Origin: an uncultured Eubacteriales bacterium
Lineage (GTDB): Bacteria > Bacillota > Clostridia > Lachnospirales > CAYPQA01
Direction of reading: 5' to 3'
Length of the DNA stretch: 60,910 nucleotides
Assembly (NCBI GenBank): GCA_964412725.1
Contig: CAYPQA010000001.1
Span: 1 to 60,910, forward strand
The notes below the pieces were generated by a model that worked only from the letters and a program-made list of their open reading frames with translations, ran no database searches and was not told the origin of the DNA. The translations under genes and the position numbers were made by a program. Shown here piece after piece: positions 1 through 9,331 of this stretch. How positions within the stretch are numbered: the first letter of the stretch is position 1; each line of letters starts with the position of its first letter.

Positions 1-73
1 TTTCCTGCTCTGAACGAACAAGAGATTTGCTGAAATTATTGCCGAATATATAGTATTCTGTAATTTTCAACTT

Positions 74-119
74 AAAAAGCCTGCGGCATCACCCAAAAGG
101 GTACGGTCGCAGGCTTTTT
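74..119 (-). terminator. Rho-independent terminator (bidirectional-type hairpin) after the GT2 gene
   Basis: AAAAAGCCTGCG...CGCAGGCTTTTT forms a GC-rich stem flanked by an A-run and a T-run. It starts 12 nt past the stop of the 132..1061 ORF. Confidence 0.6.
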
Positions 120-131
120 GCATGTTCGGAT

Positions 132-1061
132 TTATTCTTGCCTTATAACTTCTTTTTCATTAATTATATAAATAGGGCGATTTTTGACCTCATCGTATAT
201 ACGGCCTATATATTCACCCATAAGACCCAGAATCATCAAAACAATGCCTTGGGAGAGAAGTATAATGGCCACCGTTGAAGCCCAACCGGTTATGGTTGTG
301 TCGGTGAAGATTTTTTGAATAAATATAATTATGAGGTAAATAAAACTAAGTAAGGATAATGTAAAGCCAATGCCGATTGCAAATTTAAGGGGCTTGTGCG
401 AGAAGGAGGTTATCCCATCCGCAGCAAGCTTTAACATCTTTTTGAATGGGTACTTAGTCTCTCCTGCGAAACGTTCGTCGCGTTCGTATTCAACTGCGGT
501 TTGCTTAAATCCAACCCAGCTTATCATACCGCGTAGGTATCTGTTCTTCTCGTTTAAGTTGCGCACAGCTTCACAAACCTTTTTGTCCAGAAGCCTGAAA
601 TCTCCAGTGTCAACGGGTATGTCAAAGTCTGTCATGCTTTTTAGAAGTCTATAATAAACGCTTGCGGTGAACTTTTTGAAAAAACTTTCACCCAAGCGTT
701 TTAATCGTTTACCATAAACAACGTCATAGCCTTCCTTCCATTTCTTTATCATCTCAAGCATAACACGGGGCGGGTCTTGAAGGTCGCAGTCTATTATAAT
801 AACAGCGTCGCCACGCGCAAAATCTATGCCCGCCGTAACGGCGGGCTGGTGTCCGAAATTTCTGGAAAAGCTTATAACGTTAACGTGCTTATCATTAATT
901 GCAAACTCCGATACTATAGAAAGGGATGCGTCACGGCTTCCATCGTTTACAAAGATTAGTTCATAGTCCTCACCGGTTTCTTGCATTGTGCTTGTGAGTC
1001 TTTTGTATGATTCCGGCAAAACCTCTTGCTCGTTATAGACCGGAATAATTACTGAGTACAT
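132..1061 (-). CDS. Family 2 glycosyltransferase, polyprenyl-phosphate sugar transferase type (GtrB/ArnC-like)
   Basis: 309-aa ORF with IIPVYNEQ, VNDGSRD and DCDLQDPP motifs typical of GT-A/GT2. It has two C-terminal TM helices and an AAAGGGG SD upstream. Confidence 0.8.
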   Translation of the reverse strand: MYSVIIPVYNEQEVLPESYKRLTSTMQETGEDYELIFVNDGSRDASLSIVSEFAINDKHVNVISFSRNFGHQPAVTAGIDFARGDAVIIIDCDLQDPPRVMLEMIKKWKEGYDVVYGKRLKRLGESFFKKFTASVYYRLLKSMTDFDIPVDTGDFRLLDKKVCEAVRNLNEKNRYLRGMISWVGFKQTAVEYERDERFAGETKYPFKKMLKLAADGITSFSHKPLKFAIGIGFTLSLLSFIYLIIIFIQKIFTDTTITGWASTVAIILLSQGIVLMILGLMGEYIGRIYDEVKNRPIYIINEKEVIRQE

Positions 1062-1064
1062 GTC

Positions 1065-2183
1065 TTACCCCTTTCCAAACAATAGGTCGAAACGCGTCAG
1101 GAGAACAAAGTTACCCCTAACCTTAAGCCGCCCTATCATAAAGGCTTTTTGTGCAGTAAATTTATTGCTGAGAATATCAGACCATACGGAAGAATCAGCG
1201 ATAATGGTAATATCGGGTGTAGAATATATGCCATACGAAAATTCGCATTCGGTGTTTTTTATAGAAAGATATCCGTCAAAGGTTTCCTCGCCGGTTATAT
1301 TAAATTGAAAAACAGCAGTTAAACCGCCTGATAGGTTAGATTTAAAATAATGAGGTAAAGCTTTGCTCATCTGTTGACAAGACTTGGGGCGGAATGTGGC
1401 ATCTTCCGTAAATTCCTGGCTCATAACTTCGCTTAGCTTGGGCTTTTTTATGGCACTTTTTGCCCCGCTCTCATGTTCGCTGTATTTGCTTGTGAAAAAG
1501 CTTGTAAGCTCATTAATATCGTCCTGTTGACGTTGGTTAAAATTATCAAGCTGTAAATCCTTGTAAACCTGCGAAAACGGAACCTTTGGCTTTGATGATT
1601 CGATAGATCCGGGCCTATCATCATAGACACGACGAACGGTCGTTGTATCTGTCGGGATAAAGTAACGGCGGTTTGCACGCACGATACGATAAAAATCTTC
1701 CGCAAGCTTTTCTATAGAACCGCGTATCTCTTCGTTATCAAGATTTTCAATATAATTTGAATTCAAGCCAAGGGTGAGGCTGTCATAAGCGTCGTATCTG
1801 TTCACCAAGGCTTTGAGATAGTCTAACGTATGGCGCTCTCCGCCATTGTTTGAAACCGCAACAAGAAAACAATTCTTATTTCTTAAGCGTTCTCCATATT
1901 CGTTTAGCTCAAGATATTCCAAAAAGGTTTGCATCAACGCAGACGGCGACAGTGCATTAACGGACGTTGCAAGGATAATTCCGTCACTTGTTGCGGCTGC
2001 CTTAATAATTTCGTCCGTTGTGGTTGATGCATTGCCGTCAAAATAGGGTACTTGAAGATAGGCTAAGTTTATCTCGTTCATTTCAATGCCTAATTCAGAC
2101 AACGTCTGTTTTATAATAGCAAGAACCTTCACAAGTCCGTAATCGTTGCCCGGCATTGTGCCGTATATTGCACTTATTTTCAT
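1065..2183 (-). CDS. Flavodoxin-like NAD(P)H-dependent oxidoreductase fused to a C-terminal SCP2 domain
   Basis: I chose the ATG at 2183 (MKISAIYGT...) because it follows an AAGGAGAGG SD; the ORF-track GTG at 2204 is less likely. The N-terminus looks like an FMN-reductase/flavodoxin fold. The C-terminus (FNITGEETFDGYLSI...AQKAFMIGRLKVRGN) looks like SCP2. Confidence 0.65.
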   Translation of the reverse strand: MKISAIYGTMPGNDYGLVKVLAIIKQTLSELGIEMNEINLAYLQVPYFDGNASTTTDEIIKAAATSDGIILATSVNALSPSALMQTFLEYLELNEYGERLRNKNCFLVAVSNNGGERHTLDYLKALVNRYDAYDSLTLGLNSNYIENLDNEEIRGSIEKLAEDFYRIVRANRRYFIPTDTTTVRRVYDDRPGSIESSKPKVPFSQVYKDLQLDNFNQRQQDDINELTSFFTSKYSEHESGAKSAIKKPKLSEVMSQEFTEDATFRPKSCQQMSKALPHYFKSNLSGGLTAVFQFNITGEETFDGYLSIKNTECEFSYGIYSTPDITIIADSSVWSDILSNKFTAQKAFMIGRLKVRGNFVLLTRFDLLFGKG

Positions 2184-2204
2184 AGAACCTCTCCTTAATG
2201 TCAC

Positions 2205-2283
2205 CTCTAAAAAACCCTGACTTTATCGTGTAGTTGCGTACGGTTCACAACTACACGATAAAGTCAAATCAAGGTTTTTAGAG
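2205..2283 (-). terminator. Long hairpin; intrinsic terminator or attenuator between the M1-like gene and the flavodoxin/SCP2 gene
   Basis: Perfect 18-bp stem (2219-2236 / 2248-2265) with an 11-nt loop. On the minus strand AGG+U6 follows it. An outer A-run/T-run stem extends the structure to 2205-2283. Confidence 0.6.
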
Positions 2284-2289
2284 GCTTCC

Positions 2290-3822
2290 TTAAAACAAAG
2301 CAGGCAATTCAATGCCGTCCCATTGTATAAAAAAGTCCGTATAGTCCTCACCGACTATATCCTTCAAAATCTGGATGATATCCTTTCTTGTGGCAATGCG
2401 GAAAGAAAATTTCTGGTATAGGGTTTGAAGGAATTTTTCAAACTGAGCATAACCGATGCGCTTGTAGAGGCTGTAAAACATAAGCTTGGATTTTATATAT
2501 TGCGTGTTTTTATATTCATCCAAGCTTTTGTAAACTGCCAAGCTGTCCGTTATAGAATAAACCTTCATTTCCATACTAGCCAAACGGTTATACTCACTTC
2601 CCATAGCCTCATCAAGCTCTTCAGAGCTCCTGAAAATACTATCCCTTAAAAATCCGGCCAAGCCCTCACTTATCCAGCTTTCAGCGATACGGTTACTGCC
2701 GATTATGTTATAAAACCACTGGTCGGCAATTTCGCGGCAAAGTGTCACATAGCCCGGGTCGTTGTTAAGCCTTTCCGTATCCATAAATATAACCTGGGTG
2801 TAATCAACACCAACAGTATCGTACAGGTTGCATTCCACGATGTTAAGCTGTGCATAAGGATAGCCCGCAACACGATTTCCAAAATATTGAAGGCAGTAAG
2901 CAACCGTGCTCAGCAAGCCCTCAATACTGCTTAACTCGCTGAAATAATAAAGATTAATCTCAATACCATTTGCGTTCACACTACGCTTTTTGTATAAATT
3001 GCTGACTGCAAATGCAAAATCTCGAACCAATGGCGCACTGAAAGTCGTTATTTTTTTGCTTTTACTGTCTGTTTGTATCTCCTTCTTATTACCCGTTCCG
3101 ATAACGGCGTAATTAGATGGCGTGGCAATTTCTACGGTATAGTTGGCTATATTTGAAAATGTCGGGTTTCCAACAGGGTAGTATGGGTATTGTAAAAATC
3201 CATTTTCACCATAGACCGCAACCGTTGGAATAAAGCTTCCGAGCCATAACGCATTCTTGCCGTCCTGTGTCATCCCGCCCGTCCTAGCAGCTATCTTTGG
3301 GACATAGCTCTCCAATTGGAAACTTATATCAACAAAACTTCCGGGAGCTAAGGGCTGCGCTAACGTTATTTCCATAAAATTACTATAAGTGCGAAAACTC
3401 AAGTCTTCCTGTTGGCTTATTGCATTTGTAATCTTTATATATCCGTAATCCTCGCCGTTTTTATATATTCTGTTCTGCTCACTGGAAAAATACGGCTTAA
3501 CAGACATACTGGACAGATACTCTTCACTGAACGCATTAAGAGGAAGATAAAAGCAAAGTGTATCTAGGGTTATTTTAGTATTATTGTAATATTTTAGCTT
3601 TTCTATGCCAACAATCTTTCCTTCAGCCGGATAAACATCAAGCGTTATATTATACTCAGAGTAGTTTACGGGTTTTTGCAATGGAATCGGCGTTGGCACA
3701 GGGGTTTGAGTTACGGCTATATCTACGGAATTCTCCAAGGCTACCATAGGTTGTTCACTTATCTCTGTCGGCTTGCAGGCGACAAGAAACATTAAAAAAA
3801 TTACAGACAGAAACAGTCTCAT
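2290..3822 (-). CDS. M1 (aminopeptidase N)-like lipoprotein with a degenerate zinc motif
   Basis: Lipoprotein signal [16 protein letters not shown]. The M1 signature region reads REIADQWF-X-WISEG where HEXXHQWF-X18-E is expected. The start overlaps the glyQS stop (TAATG). Confidence 0.65.
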   Translation of the reverse strand: MRLFLSVIFLMFLVACKPTEISEQPMVALENSVDIAVTQTPVPTPIPLQKPVNYSEYNITLDVYPAEGKIVGIEKLKYYNNTKITLDTLCFYLPLNAFSEEYLSSMSVKPYFSSEQNRIYKNGEDYGYIKITNAISQQEDLSFRTYSNFMEITLAQPLAPGSFVDISFQLESYVPKIAARTGGMTQDGKNALWLGSFIPTVAVYGENGFLQYPYYPVGNPTFSNIANYTVEIATPSNYAVIGTGNKKEIQTDSKSKKITTFSAPLVRDFAFAVSNLYKKRSVNANGIEINLYYFSELSSIEGLLSTVAYCLQYFGNRVAGYPYAQLNIVECNLYDTVGVDYTQVIFMDTERLNNDPGYVTLCREIADQWFYNIIGSNRIAESWISEGLAGFLRDSIFRSSEELDEAMGSEYNRLASMEMKVYSITDSLAVYKSLDEYKNTQYIKSKLMFYSLYKRIGYAQFEKFLQTLYQKFSFRIATRKDIIQILKDIVGEDYTDFFIQWDGIELPALF

Positions 3823-5198
3823 TAAAACTCGAGTTTTTCTGTAATATATGATAAAAGCTCATTTATAGGCAATCTGATTTGTTCCATCGTGTCGCGTTCG
3901 CGTATGGTCACAGCGTTATCTGTTTGTGTATCAAAGTCAACAGTCACACAGAATGGCGTTCCAATCTCGTCTTGGCGTCTGTAACGCTTGCCTATGGAAC
4001 CCGCTTCATCATATTCACAGAAAAAGTGTTTCGACAGGTTTTGGTAAATCTCCGTTGCCTTTTCAGAAAGCTTTTTGGACAACGGCAGAACAGCAACCTT
4101 TATCGGAGCCAATGCCGGATGAAAGCGCATTACTGTTCTTGTTTCGCCTTCCAGCTCCTCCTCGTCATATGCAGAGCAGAGGAATGCAAGCGTTACTCTG
4201 TCTGCGCCCAACGAAGGCTCAATGCAATATGGCAGATATTTTTCGTTTGTTACAGGGTCAAAGTATGACATGTCCTGTCCGGAAACGGTTTGATGTTGTT
4301 TTAAATCGTAGTCGGTTCTGTCCGCTATTCCCCAAAGCTCTCCCCAACCAAACGGGAACTTTATCTCAATATCCGTTGTGGCTGTGCTGTAGTGAGAAAG
4401 CTCCTCTTTTTCATGGTCTCTTATGCGCATTTCACTTTCAGGTATATTAAGGCTCTTAAGCCAGTTTATACAGAATTCCTTCCAATAAGAGAACCATTCC
4501 ATGTCTGTTCCGGGAGCGCAGAAAAATTCCAATTCCATTTGCTCAAATTCACGCGTCCTGAACGTGAAATTACCTGGTGTTATCTCATTACGGAATGATT
4601 TTCCGATTTGGGCTATACCAAAAGGTATCTTACGCCTTGAGGTACGGCTAACGTTTTTGAAATTAACGAATATACCCTGTGCGGTTTCCGGACGCAGATA
4701 GACAACGTTCTTGCTGTCTTCTGTAACTCCAGCATGTGTTTTGAACATAAGGTTAAACTGCCTAATGTCTGTGAAGTCCTTCTTGCCGCATGTCGGGCAC
4801 TTAATATCGTTTTCATCTATGAAGTTACGCATTTTTTCGTTAGACCAGCCGTCTACCGATGTGCCCAAAGCGTCCTCAATAAGCTTGTCAGCACGGAAAC
4901 GTTCCTTACAGGATTTGCAATCCATAAGAGGGTCAGAAAATCCCCCAACATGACCGGATGCAACCCAAGCTTGAGGGTTCATAAGAATCGCACAGTCAAC
5001 GCCTACGTTGTATGGGCTTTCCTGAACGAACTTCTTCCACCAAGCGGCTTTGACATTATTTTTAAGCAAAACGCCCAGAGGGCCGTAATCCCAAGTATTT
5101 GCAAGACCTCCATATATTTCCGATCCCGGATAAACAAAGCCTCTGCTTTTGGCTAAGGCAACAATTTTTTCCATTGATTTTTCTGTTGAATTATTCAT
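3822..5198 (-). CDS. glyQS: Glycine--tRNA ligase (homodimeric GlyQS type)
   Basis: 458 aa with the characteristic [35 protein letters not shown]-terminus. A GGAGG SD lies 6 nt upstream. Confidence 0.95.
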   Translation of the reverse strand: MNNSTEKSMEKIVALAKSRGFVYPGSEIYGGLANTWDYGPLGVLLKNNVKAAWWKKFVQESPYNVGVDCAILMNPQAWVASGHVGGFSDPLMDCKSCKERFRADKLIEDALGTSVDGWSNEKMRNFIDENDIKCPTCGKKDFTDIRQFNLMFKTHAGVTEDSKNVVYLRPETAQGIFVNFKNVSRTSRRKIPFGIAQIGKSFRNEITPGNFTFRTREFEQMELEFFCAPGTDMEWFSYWKEFCINWLKSLNIPESEMRIRDHEKEELSHYSTATTDIEIKFPFGWGELWGIADRTDYDLKQHQTVSGQDMSYFDPVTNEKYLPYCIEPSLGADRVTLAFLCSAYDEEELEGETRTVMRFHPALAPIKVAVLPLSKKLSEKATEIYQNLSKHFFCEYDEAGSIGKRYRRQDEIGTPFCVTVDFDTQTDNAVTIRERDTMEQIRLPINELLSYITEKLEF

Positions 5199-5228
5199 TT
5201 AGACCTCCGAAGTTTGAAAATTGTATAA

Positions 5229-5257
5229 ATTATAACTTCTTAAGAAGATATTTGCAA
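5229..5257 (-). promoter_or_regulatory. Sigma-A-type promoter for glyQS (TTGCAA-N17-TATAAT)
   Basis: On the minus strand the sequence reads TTGCAA + 17 nt + TATAAT, about 30 nt upstream of the ATG. The spacer contains the 12-bp palindrome CTTCTTAAGAAG. Confidence 0.5.
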
Positions 5258-5392
5258 TACAAACTTTACAAAGCAAGGAAAAATAAAGATAAATTATTCA
5301 AAATCAGTGGCGTAGCTTTGTCGAATTTCGAAAGGTTGAAAAAAGCGTGGACGAGTGTTATACTTCAAAAAAATTTTAAGGAGAATAAGATT

Positions 5393-6346
5393 ATGAAGTG
5401 GATAAAGGTTTCGGCAGAGACCGATGCAGCATTTGAAACAAGCGTTTGCCTTTCTATGATGGAGGGCATTTTGATTGAGTCTGGTATAAACGGCTATGAG
5501 GTGAGAGATTGTGAAGAGATGCGGGAATTTTTAGAGGCAAACCCGTTTAACTGGGATTATGTTGACGAGGAGCTTCAAAGCAGGGATGAAAAGCCGTCGC
5601 TGGTCTTTTATGTTAGCGATGATGAGTATGGGCGAGAGACTTTGCTCACGGTTGAAACCTTACTCAAACAATCGGGCATCAACTCAATCCTCACTCCCGA
5701 AAACTGTGACGACGAGGACTGGTTGCACAACTGGAAAAAATATTACAAGCCATTCGCTGTCGGTGAAAAAATAATCATCCGTCCGTCTTGGGAGGAATTT
5801 CAAAATGAAAGTGAGCGCAAGGTTTTCGTTATAAACCCCGGTCATGTGTTTGGGACAGGCTTACATCAAACAACAAAGCTCTGCATTGAAGCAATTGAAA
5901 GGTATGTTAATCCTGATACAACTGTGCTTGATGTGGGCTGCGGAAGTGGAATCCTTTCTCTTATTGCACTCCTTTTGGGTGCGAAAAATGCAGTCGCTTT
6001 GGACATTGAACCAGGAGCCGCACAGGTTGTTTATGAAAATGCAGAGCTTAACAATATTGACAGGCAGAGAATAACCGTCCACACAGGCAATATTTTTTCC
6101 GACGAAAAGCTTATGCAAGTCGTGTCCGAAAAGCGTTACAGTCTTATACTTGCGAATATCGTTGCTGACGTTTGTATCGCGCTTACACCTCATGTTATGG
6201 GTTGGCTTCAAGACGGCGGCACGGTCATTATGTCCGGAATTATAGATGAACGTTTGGGTGAGGTTTTAGAAAGCTTGCACAGTGAAGGATTTAAAACGGA
6301 GGTTTTTGAAATGGACAAGTGGTTTTGCGTGGTGAGCCATGCCTAA
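5393..6346 (+). CDS. prmA: Ribosomal protein L11 methyltransferase
   Basis: Start at the ATG at 5393 (MKWIKVS...) after a GGAG SD. It has the SAM-binding motif VLDVGCGSGILS. The 5099-5392 part of the ORF is non-coding extension. Confidence 0.9.
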   Translation: MKWIKVSAETDAAFETSVCLSMMEGILIESGINGYEVRDCEEMREFLEANPFNWDYVDEELQSRDEKPSLVFYVSDDEYGRETLLTVETLLKQSGINSILTPENCDDEDWLHNWKKYYKPFAVGEKIIIRPSWEEFQNESERKVFVINPGHVFGTGLHQTTKLCIEAIERYVNPDTTVLDVGCGSGILSLIALLLGAKNAVALDIEPGAAQVVYENAELNNIDRQRITVHTGNIFSDEKLMQVVSEKRYSLILANIVADVCIALTPHVMGWLQDGGTVIMSGIIDERLGEVLESLHSEGFKTEVFEMDKWFCVVSHA

Positions 6347-7049
6347 GTTTTTTTGTACGAATGAGGTTTTAAATGATGAGGGTTTCGTGCTTTGTGGTGA
6401 CAATGCAAAGCACATTATCCATTCCCTGCGCGGAAGGGTTGGTGAGCAGCTCGTCGTATGTGACAAAGACGGGGTTGACCGAGCCTGTGTGATTGAGGAA
6501 CTAGGTACGGACTTTGTTCGCGTATCTGTCAAGCAAACACTTGCAGAAAACAACGAGCCTCGTTTACGTATTACCCTATTTCAAGGCATGCCAAAGAGTG
6601 ACAAGATGGAGCTTGTGATTCAAAAATGTACGGAACTCGGCGTACATTCAATAGTGCCTGTAATCACAGAAAGAACCATTGTAAAGCCGAAGGATAAGTC
6701 TGAGCGTTTCAGAAAAATTGCAGAGGCCGCGGCAAAGCAAAGTATGAGGTCGTTAATACCAGAAATTGGAGAGACATTAAGCTTAAAAGAGGCTGTCCAA
6801 TACTCTCACAAGCTTGATTTTTCGCTTGTAGCTTATGAAAACGCAACGGATATGTCTGCTCTTAAACCATCAACCGGCCAAACTATCGGTATATTTATAG
6901 GGCCGGAGGGCGGATTTTCCGAAAATGAAATACGACTAATGTCTGAAAACAACATACCCCAAGTATCCTTAGGCAAAAGGATTTTGAGAACCGAAACAGC
7001 CGGAATGGTTTTAATAACACTGCTTCTTTACAACAGAGGTGACTTATAA
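6339..7049 (+). CDS. rsmE: 16S rRNA (uracil1498-N3)-methyltransferase
   Basis: 236 aa of the RsmE/SPOUT family (GPEGGFSENE, LGKRILRTETA). It sits in the usual position after prmA. Confidence 0.9.
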   Translation: MPKFFCTNEVLNDEGFVLCGDNAKHIIHSLRGRVGEQLVVCDKDGVDRACVIEELGTDFVRVSVKQTLAENNEPRLRITLFQGMPKSDKMELVIQKCTELGVHSIVPVITERTIVKPKDKSERFRKIAEAAAKQSMRSLIPEIGETLSLKEAVQYSHKLDFSLVAYENATDMSALKPSTGQTIGIFIGPEGGFSENEIRLMSENNIPQVSLGKRILRTETAGMVLITLLLYNRGDL

Positions 7050-8152
7050 TGATATATTTTGACAATGCCGCAACAACAAAACCCTACGAGGAACTTAGAC
7101 TAAATTTGTATGAGCTGTCAGGTCTATATAACCCATCATCGCCGCATGAATTAGGCCAGTTGAGCGAACGTCTGCTCACATCTTCACGCAAGGCCATTGC
7201 AGAAATACTAAAAGTCCTTCCCTCAGAAATCATATTTACTTCAGGTGGCACAGAGTCAAACAATCTGCTTTTAACGGGTCTTGCAAACGCTTATGTACGC
7301 AAAGGAAACGAAATCATAACAACCACCGCAGAACACAGCTCGGTTGAAGAAACCCTAACATTTCTTGAGGGTTGCGGCTTCAAGGTCACACGCTTACTGC
7401 CTGGTCAGCTAACTAAACTTGAACAGTTTATAACAGAAAAAACAATCATTGTAAGCGTAATGCACGTCAATAACGAAACAGGTGATATATTTGACGTTGA
7501 AAGCTTGGGAGAAATGCTTCATAAACGCGGGATATTGCTTCATTGTGATGGAGTTCAGGGCTTTTGCAAGGAGCCTATTTCTCTAAAATATATAGATGCA
7601 TACAGCTTTTCTGCACATAAAATCCATGGGCTTAAAGGCAGCGGGGGATTTTATCTTAAGTCCGGAACAAAGCTTAAGCCGCTTTTTCATGGTGGGGAAC
7701 AGGAGGAGAAAATTCGTCCAGGTACAGAAAATGTTTTAGGTATAAATACAATGGCTGCTGCGTCAGTAAAGGCATTTAATTCGGTTGCCGAAACCCGAGT
7801 AAGGGTGTCCTCCGTTAAGGAGTACATAACTAACGGACTGTCGGACTTAGCCGTTGAGAATAGTATCGGGAAAACCTCTCCATATATTTTGAACTTAAGT
7901 TTCAAAGATGCAAAGTCCTCTGTGCTTTTGCAAGCCTTGGATGAACAGAGTATCTATGTTTCATCAGGCTCCGCCTGCAACGCACGTTCAAACAAGAAAG
8001 CCGGAGAAACTCTGGTAAGGATGGGTTTTGATAAGGAAAAAGCTTTATCTGCGTTGAGATTAAGCTTTTCATTTGAAAATACCCTTCAAGAGGCTGAAAT
8101 GTTTATTAAACATATAAGACAAATAATTGAAAAATATTGTCGAAAAAGGTAG
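7049..8152 (+). CDS. Cysteine desulfurase (class V aminotransferase, NifS/NifZ-like)
   Basis: PLP-lysine motif SFSAHKIHG and active-site SSGSACN. It lies directly upstream of thiI. Confidence 0.85.
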   Translation: MIYFDNAATTKPYEELRLNLYELSGLYNPSSPHELGQLSERLLTSSRKAIAEILKVLPSEIIFTSGGTESNNLLLTGLANAYVRKGNEIITTTAEHSSVEETLTFLEGCGFKVTRLLPGQLTKLEQFITEKTIIVSVMHVNNETGDIFDVESLGEMLHKRGILLHCDGVQGFCKEPISLKYIDAYSFSAHKIHGLKGSGGFYLKSGTKLKPLFHGGEQEEKIRPGTENVLGINTMAAASVKAFNSVAETRVRVSSVKEYITNGLSDLAVENSIGKTSPYILNLSFKDAKSSVLLQALDEQSIYVSSGSACNARSNKKAGETLVRMGFDKEKALSALRLSFSFENTLQEAEMFIKHIRQIIEKYCRKR

Positions 8153-8161
8153 GTTTTGTGA

Positions 8162-9331
8162 GTGAAAATTAAAAAGGTTATATTACTTAAATATGGAGAA
8201 ATTGCACTGCGCGGTAAAAATCGCTATATCTTCGAAAATAATCTCGCAGATAAAGCGCGTGCAATAACTGGAATGTATGTAAAGAAAGAGCAAGGGCGGC
8301 TACTGGTTGAAAATCCGGACGGCGATGTGGATTTTACATTGACAGATAAACTCTCGACAATTTTCGGAATTGTAGGCATATGCCCCTGTATTATGTTTGA
8401 AGATAGTTCTATTCAAACGCTTTGCGAGAATGCGCTTTCATATATAAAGGAACGTTTTGACTTAAGCAAGCCGCATAGCTTTAAAGTTTTCGCAAAGCGT
8501 GCAAACAAGCGTTATCCGCTTACTTCAAACGAGATTGCAGCGGATGTGGGCGCGTATATATTACAAAATTTGGACAATTTTAAAGTTGACGTGAACAATC
8601 CGGAGATTAAGATTTTTATTGAACTAAGGAACAATGTTTATATCTACTCGGACACTGTAAAAGGCTTGGGAGGTCTGCCTGTCGGAACATCAGGCAAGGG
8701 CATGCTCTTGCTTTCAGGCGGCTTTGACAGTCCGGTTTCAGGATATATGATGGCAAAGCGCGGCGTTGAGATTTCCGCAGTCTACTTCCATTCCCCACCC
8801 TACACAGCAAGGCAAGCACTTCAAAAGGTTACGGACTTGGCCGAGAGGTTATCTGTTTATGCAGGTAACGTGAAGCTGTTTGTATTCCCATTTACAGATA
8901 TTCAGATGTTTCTTAACGAGAGGGTGCAGGCTGAAAAGCTTACAATAATCCTTAAACGCACGATGCTTAGAATTTCGGAAATAATTGCAAAAAAAGAAGC
9001 TTGCCGCTGTCTTATAACCGGAGATTCGGTTGGACAGGTGGCAAGCCAAACGCTTATGTCTATAGAGGCCGTGAATTCGGCTGTGACGCTACCGATATTG
9101 CGTCCGCTTGCAGGTCTTGACAAGCAGGATATTATGGATATTGCGCAAAAGATAGGCACTTACGAGATTTCAAAAAGACCGTATGACGACTGTTGTACGC
9201 TTTTTGTAGCCAAACACCCAGAAACAAAGCCAAAGGCAAGCATTATCGAAAGTATAGAAAAGAGGCTTGAGGATGAATTAATGCCTATGATTGAGGAAGG
9301 GCTTGAAAAATGCTACGACTGTATGACATAA
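8162..9331 (+). CDS. thiI: tRNA 4-thiouridine(8) synthase ThiI
   Basis: 389 aa with THUMP plus a PP-loop (LLSGGFDSPV). GTG start. Confidence 0.9.
   Translation: MKIKKVILLKYGEIALRGKNRYIFENNLADKARAITGMYVKKEQGRLLVENPDGDVDFTLTDKLSTIFGIVGICPCIMFEDSSIQTLCENALSYIKERFDLSKPHSFKVFAKRANKRYPLTSNEIAADVGAYILQNLDNFKVDVNNPEIKIFIELRNNVYIYSDTVKGLGGLPVGTSGKGMLLLSGGFDSPVSGYMMAKRGVEISAVYFHSPPYTARQALQKVTDLAERLSVYAGNVKLFVFPFTDIQMFLNERVQAEKLTIILKRTMLRISEIIAKKEACRCLITGDSVGQVASQTLMSIEAVNSAVTLPILRPLAGLDKQDIMDIAQKIGTYEISKRPYDDCCTLFVAKHPETKPKASIIESIEKRLEDELMPMIEEGLEKCYDCMT

Noticed and set aside
1-73. Possible 3' end of a plus-strand gene at the left edge (a frame ending in TGA at 31-33).
   Set aside because: Only about 10 codons are visible, which is not enough to support any call.
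5099-5392. The long 5' extensions of the prmA ORF (from 5099) and the pfkA ORF (11894..12145).
   Set aside because: The extensions cross intergenic or other-gene sequence and lack family similarity. Internal ATGs with good SDs (5393 and 12146) match the known N-termini.
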